Positions 34,601-43,129 of a stretch of DNA of 52,683 bases are shown one piece after another. The DNA is from Ichthyobacteriaceae bacterium (GTDB lineage: Bacteria > Bacteroidota > Bacteroidia > Flavobacteriales > JADGDT01): NCBI GenBank assembly GCA_023145615.1, contig JAGLDK010000032.1:1-52683 (forward strand). The letters are read 5' to 3'. Numbering within the stretch: the first letter of the stretch is position 1; every line of letters begins with the position of its first letter. Made by a program: the position numbers and the translations under genes. Below the pieces are notes generated by a model, which did not search any database, was not told the DNA's origin, and saw nothing but the letters and a program-made list of their open reading frames with translations.

Positions 34601-37524
34601 ACGATGGAGATGAAGATTTGGTTGTTGGAAATATGACAGGTAAAGTAACCGTTTTTAAAGGCGATGTTTTTCATCCATTTGACACAAGTTACGATATAGA
34701 GGTTGATGGAAGTGTAACATACACATCTCCAGCTTTTGCTGATATCGACAACGATGGAAATGTTGATTTAGTTGTTGGTGTTAAATCAGGAGAAATAAAA
34801 ATACTTGATGGAAAGGCTGATAATATGTTTAACGAAATTTATCATAATATAGAATTTGCCAATGGTACCGAACTCGAAAATATAGGAAGTCAAAGCCCAA
34901 CACCATCGTTTGCCGATGTTGATGGAGATGGAAATGTAGATTTGATTGTTGGTTTATGGAACGGAAAAATAAATGTTTATAGAGGAAATTCGGATAACAC
35001 TTTTAACTCTCCGTACTTATTAAAAATAGAAGATGGAACAGTAATTGATTTAGCTAATACTTCGGCACCGGTTTTTGTTGATTTCGATGATGATGGAGAT
35101 GTTGATTTAATTTCGGGAGATAGTTATGGAAATGTAACTTTTTTCGAAAATGGAATTTCTCAATCAATTACATTTAACAATTTTGATGATGCCGTTTACG
35201 GAGACGAAGATATTTTGTTAGAAGCAACATCTAATATTCCTGATTTAGTAGTTACGTTTAGTAGTAGTAACGAGGAAGTTGCCACAATAGTAGATGGTAA
35301 AATTCATGTTACTGGAGCGGGTACTTGTAATATTATAGCAAGTCAATATGGAAGTTCGGAATATGCAAATGCACCTATTGTATCAAAAGAATTTAAGGTT
35401 GATAAAAAGGACGTTTCGGTTATAGCTGTTGACGTAGAAAAGGTTTATAACGGAGATGTTTATGCCGATTTAATTAGTGGAACATTAGAAGGTGTAATTT
35501 CGGATGATGATGTTAGTGTAGGTATATTAAACGTTGTTGTAGAATTTGAAACGTATAATGTAGGAACCGATTTGCCAGTGGCTTTATCAGAGTTAATTCT
35601 TAAAGGAAACGATGCAAATAACTATTCAATATTGCCTCATCCATCAGGATTAGTTGCCGATATTACTCCAAAAGAACTTATTGTAAGTGGAGTTACTGCA
35701 ACTGATAAAATATACAACGCAAATACCGATGTTGTAATTGATTTAACCGGTGCTATGTTAAGTAATTTAGTTGCAGAAGATAACGTAACTGTTAATTATG
35801 ATTTGGCAACAGCACATTTTAATGATAAAAATGCAGGTATAGATAAGCAAATTACAGTATCGGATTTTAGTATAAGCGGTGAGGATGCAATAAATTATAG
35901 TATTTCTCAGCAAACATTTACAGCCGATATTACTCCGCTAACAATTACTGTGCCCGGAATAAATGCAGTTAATAAAATTTATAATGGAGATGCTTTTGCA
36001 GTTTTAAAAGGAGGAATATTAACAGGTGTTATTGAAGGAGATGAAGCAAGTATGAATTATGAAGATTCGGTTGCAGAATTTGAAGATGAAAATGTTGGTA
36101 TTGAAAAATCGGTTACCACAACATCAATAGCCTTAAGCGGAATTGATGAAGGAAATTATACGGTAGAGTTACCACCTGTTTTAATAGCCGATATAGTTGC
36201 AAAAGTACTTACCGTTACTGCCAATAATATAGAAGTGGCTTATAACGAAGTAATTCCGGAATTAACTTTTACTTACGATGGTTTTATTGATGAAGAAGAT
36301 GAAACATTTTTAACAACAATACCAGAAATATCAACAGATGCAACTGCGTTTAGCGATGAAGGAAATTATGATATTGTAGTTTCGGGTGGTTTAGCTGATA
36401 ACTATAGGTTGGTTTATGTTTCGGGAAGTTTAACCGTTGGAATACTTACTCTTGATGAAGATGTTTTATACGATATAGCATTAGAGGTTAGAGAAAATAT
36501 AACAGATTTCCCTACCGCAAATAATGGAGATATTATAGGTACAACAACCGACGATTTGGTTTATTATATTCCGGGTAACTATGTTATTAATTGGGAATTT
36601 ACCGATATAAATGGAGTTGTATTTACTCAAACTCAAAATATAATTGTTTACAGAATTTACGAACAAGCAGGAGTTTTAAATGTTGTTGTTGATGGCGATT
36701 TTGAAACTCAGTGGTATGTTGGAGATAAACCTGTAAGTGGAGGAACAAACACACTTACTTTCGAGCCTACAATTGATGGTGTTTATACTATTGCTTTTAT
36801 AAACGACTCAACAAATACAAAATCGAAAGGAGTAGTTGTAGGAGAACCTGATACTACAAATCCTATTCCTGATATTTTAAATTTGCAAAGTATTTTGGTT
36901 GAGGTTGATAAAAATATAGTTGATATTCCTACTGCCGATAATGGTGTAATTACCGCATTTACTTCAGATGAAATTAGTTTCGAAACTTACGGAACATATC
37001 AAGTAAATTGGAATTATGTTGATTATAGTTTTAATTCGTTTACACAACGTCAGGAGGTTGTAGCATTTAGCGTTGTAGAGGAACAGAAGGGCGTTTTTAA
37101 AGTTAATATTGAAGGAGAATTTAATTATCAATGGTATGTTGATGGTGTGGAAATTGCCGATGCAAATTCTAACACATACAAGCCAAGTGCTGTAGGTGTT
37201 TATAATGTAGAGGTTAGCTCTAATGTAAGTAAGGCTTTTTCTAGAAGTATTTCTTTTGGTATTTTGGCTGTTGATAAATTTTATAACGAAACCAATAATT
37301 TATCTGCTTGTCCTAATCCTACCACTAATAATGTTATTATAAAAAATAACAATCAAAAATTATTAGATATACAGGTGTACGATTCGAAGAGTATACTTTT
37401 TACTAAAGTGATTTCTGATAATTCAGAGGTAGAGCTAGATTTATCAACCTGCCCAGGTGGTGTACTTATGGTTTTAATAAAAAGCGATGATGAGGTTGTG
37501 GTAAAAAAGATAATTAAAAAGTAA
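31633..37524 (+). CDS. Large T9SS-secreted adhesin-like protein: 3 x [5 FG-GAP/VCBS repeats], 2 choice-of-anchor-D Ig domains, a Big-like domain, 3 YDG-like, MBG-like, 2 x (HYR-like + Ig), CTD
   Basis: 15 P.F.D.D.DG..DL..G repeats; PEI...DGD...FG...F.I.N.G domains; K.YN..T/D repeats; LTVTAN...Y...P..TFTYDGF; CTD CPNP...VKKIIKK. Confidence 0.88.
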   Translation: MKKKYMFFSGARRWNTLINKFNNLYKSIKEGVENEVKLQQKINKLQVLYTRLEKMQYKTGFQIASTSLAVMLSTASVYSQTPIELLSGVNIQQEISEGSNTFNDINIGNHSAPVFVFIDADEYVDLVVGTQNGYVKVFKGNADNTFSTGYNLQAGGADINVGSFATPTFTDINNNAKVDLVVGNKDGKINVFRRDANNNFNGGYLLSAGGTVIDVGNSSAPAFSDIDEDGNVDLIVGDQYGYLQVFKGGASNTFNAGYNLEVSGSEVSVNSYSKPTFADIDTDGNIDLIVGDKRGYLAVFRGNEDFTFGGSYLLEVDEKNADVGEYSSPVLVDFDGDGDIDLISGNEAGNVILYKSVVGQLPEISVLGNDVEIVDGDIISSYTDNTFFGNNETENAFKENTFVIKNEGDAVLELTDLGTGFVTISGANADDFTVVTQPETDIAVGDESVFVISFNPSETGERNATITINNNDLNESEYTFAIQGGGTTIMPIDLMLGVNIEAETLEGSNVFEIINDEEYRIPTFADIDGDGNQDLIIGEFGGYIKVFKANENNTFKTGYNLQSNNYDIKVESGAAVTFADVNADESIDVIVGEIGGTIRVFENKGDNTFDVPYNLQANGVDLSIEYAKPVFEDVDGDGFIDLVVGEKGGAILVHTGNSDNTFNSAYTLQAGEKEIKVSGNSAPTFADVDNDGNKDLVVGAFLGNITVFKGNANHTFASGYNLKIDDVNINVGQYSAPVFVDFDNDGDIDLISGSNNGSVKLFKNKMYTSPEISIVAKSVEIINGDNTPSISNDTYFGANEIESTHIDKVFTIRNLGDTELKLSDIGGKYANITGDTDEFAIITQPNAVIEPGTSTNFTIRFNPTSVGNKFAQIIIANNDTDEALFSFDIKGLGTKSTPIILQPGVKVNYKTTAEPITFNNIDIGTLSAPAFADIDNDGIKDLVIGGKSGFINICKGNSDGGFAEAYNLQSNGADINVGMNSTPTFIDVDNDGDEDLVVGNMTGKVTVFKGDVFHPFDTSYDIEVDGSVTYTSPAFADIDNDGNVDLVVGVKSGEIKILDGKADNMFNEIYHNIEFANGTELENIGSQSPTPSFADVDGDGNVDLIVGLWNGKINVYRGNSDNTFNSPYLLKIEDGTVIDLANTSAPVFVDFDDDGDVDLISGDSYGNVTFFENGISQSITFNNFDDAVYGDEDILLEATSNIPDLVVTFSSSNEEVATIVDGKIHVTGAGTCNIIASQYGSSEYANAPIVSKEFKVDKKDVSVIAVDVEKVYNGDVYADLISGTLEGVISDDDVSVGILNVVVEFETYNVGTDLPVALSELILKGNDANNYSILPHPSGLVADITPKELIVSGVTATDKIYNANTDVVIDLTGAMLSNLVAEDNVTVNYDLATAHFNDKNAGIDKQITVSDFSISGEDAINYSISQQTFTADITPLTITVPGINAVNKIYNGDAFAVLKGGILTGVIEGDEASMNYEDSVAEFEDENVGIEKSVTTTSIALSGIDEGNYTVELPPVLIADIVAKVLTVTANNIEVAYNEVIPELTFTYDGFIDEEDETFLTTIPEISTDATAFSDEGNYDIVVSGGLADNYRLVYVSGSLTVGILTLDEDVLYDIALEVRENITDFPTANNGDIIGTTTDDLVYYIPGNYVINWEFTDINGVVFTQTQNIIVYRIYEQAGVLNVVVDGDFETQWYVGDKPVSGGTNTLTFEPTIDGVYTIAFINDSTNTKSKGVVVGEPDTTNPIPDILNLQSILVEVDKNIVDIPTADNGVITAFTSDEISFETYGTYQVNWNYVDYSFNSFTQRQEVVAFSVVEEQKGVFKVNIEGEFNYQWYVDGVEIADANSNTYKPSAVGVYNVEVSSNVSKAFSRSISFGILAVDKFYNETNNLSACPNPTTNNVIIKNNNQKLLDIQVYDSKSILFTKVISDNSEVELDLSTCPGGVLMVLIKSDDEVVVKKIIKK

Positions 37525-37561
37525 AGTATTTAATTCTTATTAAGAATTAAGCAAAAGTAAA

Positions 37562-37620
37562 AAAGGTGTATAATTTATATAAAGTTGATAAAATCATCTT
37601 TATATAAATTATACACCTTT
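37562..37620. terminator. 23-bp perfect inverted repeat between convergent genes (probable bidirectional terminator)
   Basis: AAAGGTGTATAATTTATATAAAG-N13-CTTTATATAAATTATACACCTTT. Confidence 0.65.
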
Positions 37621-37690
37621 AGTGTTTTTTATGTTTTTAATATAAAAACTAAAATAGTTAGTTAAACTAGTTTAGCCAATAAAAAAGATA

Positions 37691-38623
37691 TTATAACGGA
37701 CTAATAATCTGAGTGTCTTCGGTTAAAATAACACCTCTAACTATTGAGCTTATTGTTTTTTCTAAAGCTTTTATAATCTGAAGTTTCAATTGACTTTTAC
37801 TGTAAAGCAAACTTACTTCTCTTGATGGAACAGGATTTTCAAATTCTCTTATAAACTCTCTATCACTATCCGAAAGTCGTTTTGTGTGTAAGTATGGAAG
37901 TAAAGTATATCCAAAACCATCTTGAGTTAATTGCATTAAAGCATCAAAACTACCTGTGTTTAATCTTAGTTTACTTGTGCGTATTTCATGATCGGGTTTG
38001 CACAAATTTATTACGTTATTTCTAAAACAATGCCCTTCCTCTAAAAGCAACATATCTTTAACTTCTAAATCGGTAGGTTTTATTTTCGATTTCTTTAATA
38101 AAGAATGTCCTTGTGGTAAATAAGCTGCAAATGGTTCGTAATACAACGGTTTTTCAATAAGATCTTGCTCATTAAGTGGAGTTGCAACAATACCAATATC
38201 TAAAACACCATCTTTTAATTGCTTAATTATTTCATGAGTTTGTAACTCTTCAACAATAACATTTACTTCGGTATATCGTTTGGTAAACGTTTTTAAAAAC
38301 AAAGGTAAAAGTGTAGGTATAATAGTAGGTATAATTCCTATTTTAAACTCACCGGTTACTCTTCCTTTTTCTTTATCAACAATATCACTAATACGTTTCG
38401 ATTCGGTAACCACAGTATTTGCCTGATCAACTATAACCTTACCAATGGCAGTTAATTCAATAGGTTTTTTACTTCTGTCGAAAATTTGTACCGAAAGTTC
38501 ATCTTCTAATTTCTGAATTTGCATACTCAATGTTGGTTGAGTAACAAAACATTTTTCAGAGGCTAAAGTAAAGTTTCTATGTTTTGCAACAGCCAACACA
38601 TATTCTAACTGAGTTATAGTCAT
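37691..38623 (-). CDS. oxyR: Hydrogen peroxide-inducible LysR-family activator OxyR
   Basis: MTITQLEY...CFVTQPTLSMQIQKLE HTH and the LLEEGHCFRNNVINLC two-Cys motif. Confidence 0.92.
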   Translation of the reverse strand: MTITQLEYVLAVAKHRNFTLASEKCFVTQPTLSMQIQKLEDELSVQIFDRSKKPIELTAIGKVIVDQANTVVTESKRISDIVDKEKGRVTGEFKIGIIPTIIPTLLPLFLKTFTKRYTEVNVIVEELQTHEIIKQLKDGVLDIGIVATPLNEQDLIEKPLYYEPFAAYLPQGHSLLKKSKIKPTDLEVKDMLLLEEGHCFRNNVINLCKPDHEIRTSKLRLNTGSFDALMQLTQDGFGYTLLPYLHTKRLSDSDREFIREFENPVPSREVSLLYSKSQLKLQIIKALEKTISSIVRGVILTEDTQIISPL

Positions 38624-38930
38624 TATTTAAACGTTTTAAATTTAATTTAAATAGCAGGCACTTAATACCAATTGCAATTTAAAAGGGATTACAAAGATTA
38701 AATATATATTTAACCTAACATAATATATATAAAAGTGTTTAGCCATTATCTTTAATAAATTAATGACAAAAAACAATCTTAAAAGATTATATACACTTTT
38801 ATATAGTTGAGTTTTATTGAAAGCTTTTGATTAACCGATTTTTTGTACAAAATAACGGTTTTCACTTGTTGTTAATTAAGTTTTATTTGCTTGTATTTAT
38901 ATTAAAATTAGGACTAAACTTATTTGTTCT

Positions 38931-39560
38931 GTGGAAAAAATTGTTACTATAATTGATGTTTGGGGTGTGTTTGTGTTTTCAATATCGGGAGCATTAAATG
39001 CAATGTCGAAAAAATTAGATCCTTTTGGGGTATTTATTATAGCCTTTATAACATCAGTAGGAGGTGGTACTTTACGAGATGTACTTATGGGGAGAACCGT
39101 GTTTTGGATGGAAGATCATATGTATATTTATATAATATCGGCAGGTACAATAGTGTCAATTATTTTAAGAAAAAAGATTACATATTTAATGAAAACCCTT
39201 TCTCTTTTCGATACACTTGGGTTGGCAATTTTTACTGTAATAGGTATTGAGGTTGGATTGAAGTACGATCTTTCGCCATCGGTAGCAATAGCACTTGGTG
39301 CAATGACTGGGTCGTTTGGAGGTGTGATAAGAGATATATCATTAAACGAAATTCCTCTTATTTTTCAAAAAGAAATTTATGCAACAGCAAGTATTGCTGG
39401 CGGTTTGATTTATATGCTTGGTTTAGAAATAGGATTAGAAAAACCGATTGTAGAATTAGTGGCCATAGCTTTTATTATAGTTGTTAGATTAATAGTGGTT
39501 AAGTACGAATTGCAATTGCCAAGTTTTTACGATAAAGAAGAGGTTGAAAAAGAAGTTTGA
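38931..39560 (+). CDS. TRIC / UPF0126 family membrane protein (putative glycine transporter)
   Basis: Two repeats, FSISGA...DPFGV...GGGTLRDVLMG and DTLGLAIF...GGVIRD...EIYATA. GTG start. Confidence 0.9.
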   Translation: MEKIVTIIDVWGVFVFSISGALNAMSKKLDPFGVFIIAFITSVGGGTLRDVLMGRTVFWMEDHMYIYIISAGTIVSIILRKKITYLMKTLSLFDTLGLAIFTVIGIEVGLKYDLSPSVAIALGAMTGSFGGVIRDISLNEIPLIFQKEIYATASIAGGLIYMLGLEIGLEKPIVELVAIAFIIVVRLIVVKYELQLPSFYDKEEVEKEV

Positions 39561-39758
39561 AAATAGTTTAACTTAAGGTTTACTTGCTAAGTATTATAAA
39601 ATTGTTGTTTTAATCTGTTTTATTATTATCAACCTTAGATTCAACTAATAGATACTTCTTTTTAAATAAAACTCTATAATAATATTAAAAGTAAAATAAA
39701 TATTTCTTCATAACATCCTCTGTATTTTACGTTGCTTTAGCATTATAGGTAAGAGCTA

Positions 39759-39793
39759 AAAACCCCCATTTATTTTAAATAAATGGGGGTTTT
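39759..39793 (-). terminator. Terminator after gcvP (possibly bidirectional)
   Basis: AAAACCCCCATTTATTT-T-AAATAAATGGGGGTTTT perfect inverted repeat. Confidence 0.75.
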
Positions 39794-39844
39794 AGTTTTT
39801 ATATAGCGTAAAGTTTACGCTTAATTTCTATGATAAAAATTAAC

Positions 39845-42757
39845 CTACTTGCTAAAATCAAATTTATTGTTATCATCAATATAATCTTCAATAGGTGCAC
39901 AAGTACATACTAAATTTCTATCTCCATAAGCATCGTCAACTCTACGTACCGAAGGCCAGAATTTATTGTCAGCAATCCAGTTTAATGGATACGCAGCCTG
40001 TTTTCTAGAATATGGTAAATCCCAATTATCGGCAGTTAACATTTCTAAAGTGTGCGGAGCATTTTTCAGCATATTGTTTTGTTTATCGCTTTTACCTTCG
40101 GCAATATCTAATATTTCTTTTTTAATAGAAACCATTGCTTCAATAAAACGATCTAACTCTTCAACACTCTCACTTTCGGTAGGTTCAATCATTAAAGTAC
40201 CTGCAACCGGAAACGAAACTGTTGGAGCATGATAACCGTAATCCATTAATCTTTTGGCAATATCGGTTACTTCAATACCGTACTCTTTAAAGTTGCGGGT
40301 ATCTAAAATCATTTCGTGCGCAACTCTGTCGGCATTTCCTGTATAAAGTATATTAAAATCTTCGGCTAATTTAGTTTTCATGTAATTAGCATTTAATATA
40401 GCCATTTTGGTACTGTGCTTTAAACCTTCTTCTCCAAGCATACGTATGTATGAGTAAGAAACAGAATGTACTAAAGCCGATCCCCAAGGTGCTGCTGAAA
40501 TTGCTGAAACTGCATTTTTCCCACCTGTAGCCACAACTGGGTTCGATGGTAAAAATTGTGCTAAATGTTCGGCAACTCCAATTGGTCCTACACCTGGGCC
40601 ACCACCTCCATGAGGTATTGCAAAAGTTTTGTGTAAGTTAAGGTGACAAACATCGGCACCAATTTCTCCCGGACTTGTTAGTCCTACTTGAGCATTCATG
40701 TTGGCACCATCCATATAAACCTGACCACCATTATCATGAATCATCTTTGTTATATCCTTAATAGCACTTTCGTAAACTCCGTGTGTTGATGGATAAGTTA
40801 CAAGCAAACAAGCCAAATTATCTTTGTGCTTTTCTGTTTGTAATTTCAAATCTTCAATATCAATATCTCCTTTTTCGGTAGTTTTAATAACCACTACTTT
40901 CATACCCGCCATAACAGCCGATGCAGGGTTTGTACCATGTGCTGAGGCAGGAATTAAAGCAATATTTCTGTGCTCTTCTCCAATATATTTAAAGTGTTCT
41001 CTAATAACCATTAATCCAGCATATTCTCCTTGAGCTCCCGAATTTGGTTGCAAAGTTGTAGCCGAAAACCCTGTTATTTCGCTTAAATAACTTTCAAGCT
41101 TACGAAAAAGTTCGTGGTAACCTGCCGCCTGAGAACGTGGTACAAAAGGGTGTATATTACCCCACGATGGCCACGATAACGGAAGCATTTCAGTAGCCGC
41201 ATTAAGTTTCATTGTACAAGAACCTAATGCAATCATTGAATGATTTAACGATAAATCCTTTTTCTCTAATCTTTTAATATAACGCATCATTTCTGTTTCC
41301 GAATGATAAGCATCGAAAACAGGATTTGTCATAAAACTAGAAGTACGTACAAGCTCTTTCTGAATTTTATTTTCCGAATCATCAACCGAATAAAGTTTCG
41401 CACATTCAACATGTTTCGATTCGGCAAGTACATCTAAAATATCATTTATATCGTTTAACGATGTAGTTTCGTTTAACGAAATACCAATTTTAGTATCATC
41501 AATATATAAAAAGTTAACTTCTTTTTCTTCGGCAATACGCTTTACAGGTTCAATAGTAATTCCGCTTGGGTGTAAATCCTGACCTAAATCAACCACCAAA
41601 GTATCAAAATAAAATTCGTTTACCTGCTTAAAACCTAATCTTTCAATTCCTTTTTCAAGAGTTTTAGCTAAATTATGTATTGTATTTGCAATATGTTTTA
41701 ATCCTGATGCACCGTGGTAAACTCCGTACATACCCGACATAACCGCCAATAAAACCTGAGCAGTACAAATATTTGAAGTAGCTTTTTCTCTTTTAATATG
41801 TTGCTCTCTAGTTTGCAAAGCCATACGCAACGCTGTATTTCCGTCGGCATCTTTCGATACTCCAATAATACGTCCCGGAATATGACGTTTGTATTCTTCC
41901 TTTGTAGCAAAATATCCCGAGTGTGGTCCACCATATCCTAGCGGTAAACCAAAACGCTGAGTTGTACCAACAACAACATCTGCACCCCATTCGGCAGGAG
42001 GAGTTAAAATTGCTAACGATAATAAATCGGCAGCAACTGCAACTTTTACATCTATTAATGATGCTTTTTTAACAAAATCGGTATAATTATAAACTCCACC
42101 ATTTTTTGCAGGATATTGAATTATTGCACCGAAAAATTCATCGGTTAATTCAATGTTATTATGATTTCCAAAAACTAATTCTATACCAATAGGTGTAGCA
42201 CGAGTTTTTATTACATCAATGGTTTGAGGAAAAAGTTCTTCGGAAACAAAAAACTTATTAGCATTTAATTTTTTCTTCGTTCGGCTACGAGAGCTAAAAA
42301 GCATACCCATAGCTTCGGCAGCCGCAGTGGCTTCGTCTAAAAGAGATGAATTTGCCAAATCCATACCAGTTAAATCGGTAATCATTGTTTGATAATTCAA
42401 CAATGCTTCTAATCTACCCTGTGCAATTTCGGCCTGATACGGGGTGTAAGCAGTGTACCAACCCGGGTTTTCGAAAATATTACGTTGTATTACTCCTGGC
42501 AAAGTTGATGCATTATATCCAAGACCAATGTATGTTTTATATACCTTGTTTTTTCTGGCTAATTCCTGAATATGCCCCATGTACTCAACCTCTGTTAAGG
42601 CTTCGGGCAAATTCAAAATATTTTTTAATCTTATATTATCTGGCAGAGTTTCGTTTATTAGTTCGTCAAGAGTATTTACTCCAACGGTATCTAACATTTT
42701 CTGCACTCCATCATTCATCGATCCAACATGGCGATGTAAGAATTTTCCAGTTCTCAT
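39845..42757 (-). CDS. gcvP: Glycine dehydrogenase (decarboxylating), glycine cleavage P protein
   Basis: YTAYTPYQAEIAQGRLE, QTREQHIKREKATSNICTAQ, LGSCTMKLN, HLNLHKTFAIPHGGGGPG and YGDRNLVCTC. Confidence 0.97.
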   Translation of the reverse strand: MRTGKFLHRHVGSMNDGVQKMLDTVGVNTLDELINETLPDNIRLKNILNLPEALTEVEYMGHIQELARKNKVYKTYIGLGYNASTLPGVIQRNIFENPGWYTAYTPYQAEIAQGRLEALLNYQTMITDLTGMDLANSSLLDEATAAAEAMGMLFSSRSRTKKKLNANKFFVSEELFPQTIDVIKTRATPIGIELVFGNHNNIELTDEFFGAIIQYPAKNGGVYNYTDFVKKASLIDVKVAVAADLLSLAILTPPAEWGADVVVGTTQRFGLPLGYGGPHSGYFATKEEYKRHIPGRIIGVSKDADGNTALRMALQTREQHIKREKATSNICTAQVLLAVMSGMYGVYHGASGLKHIANTIHNLAKTLEKGIERLGFKQVNEFYFDTLVVDLGQDLHPSGITIEPVKRIAEEKEVNFLYIDDTKIGISLNETTSLNDINDILDVLAESKHVECAKLYSVDDSENKIQKELVRTSSFMTNPVFDAYHSETEMMRYIKRLEKKDLSLNHSMIALGSCTMKLNAATEMLPLSWPSWGNIHPFVPRSQAAGYHELFRKLESYLSEITGFSATTLQPNSGAQGEYAGLMVIREHFKYIGEEHRNIALIPASAHGTNPASAVMAGMKVVVIKTTEKGDIDIEDLKLQTEKHKDNLACLLVTYPSTHGVYESAIKDITKMIHDNGGQVYMDGANMNAQVGLTSPGEIGADVCHLNLHKTFAIPHGGGGPGVGPIGVAEHLAQFLPSNPVVATGGKNAVSAISAAPWGSALVHSVSYSYIRMLGEEGLKHSTKMAILNANYMKTKLAEDFNILYTGNADRVAHEMILDTRNFKEYGIEVTDIAKRLMDYGYHAPTVSFPVAGTLMIEPTESESVEELDRFIEAMVSIKKEILDIAEGKSDKQNNMLKNAPHTLEMLTADNWDLPYSRKQAAYPLNWIADNKFWPSVRRVDDAYGDRNLVCTCAPIEDYIDDNNKFDFSK

Positions 42758-42945
42758 AGACTTATAATTAAATTTTATTTTAATACTAATATCTAGCTAT
42801 ATGTAAGTTGTGTAGCAAGTATTTGTTAACCTTTTTATAAGAACAAACAGTTTGCTTGGCAATTTATTACGCTACTGATAACGTAACTTACAATACTACT
42901 GATATTACATTTTAAGGTATTATTAATCGGTCGTTAAATTTTTTG

Positions 42946-42953
42946 CAAAATTA
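42946..42953 (-). promoter_or_regulatory. Candidate -7 element for gcvP
   Basis: Minus strand TAATTTTG(C), about 190 nt upstream of the gcvP ATG. Confidence 0.45.
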
Positions 42954-43129
42954 CAAAAACTATAACAATAGACTGTGTTTTATTTTACTAACTATTGTAG
43001 TGTTTAAGGTTGTGGTGTATTGTCAGTTTGTTATCGGTTTAATATTTGTTTTAAGCTGAGTATTTTGTAAAATATTATATCATAATTACTCATTAAATAA
43101 GTATTTTTAATATCTAAAAATCATTTAAT

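Noticed and set aside
38803-38817. ATAG-N7-TTAT half OxyR box in the oxyR/TRIC divergent gap
   Set aside because: Only half of the four-element OxyR pattern, and imperfect.
42758-42945. Possible glycine riboswitch upstream of gcvP
   Set aside because: The leader is long, but I found no GGAGA...CCGAAG...CTCTCAGG-type aptamer core on the minus strand and the region is very AT-rich. A cmsearch would settle it.
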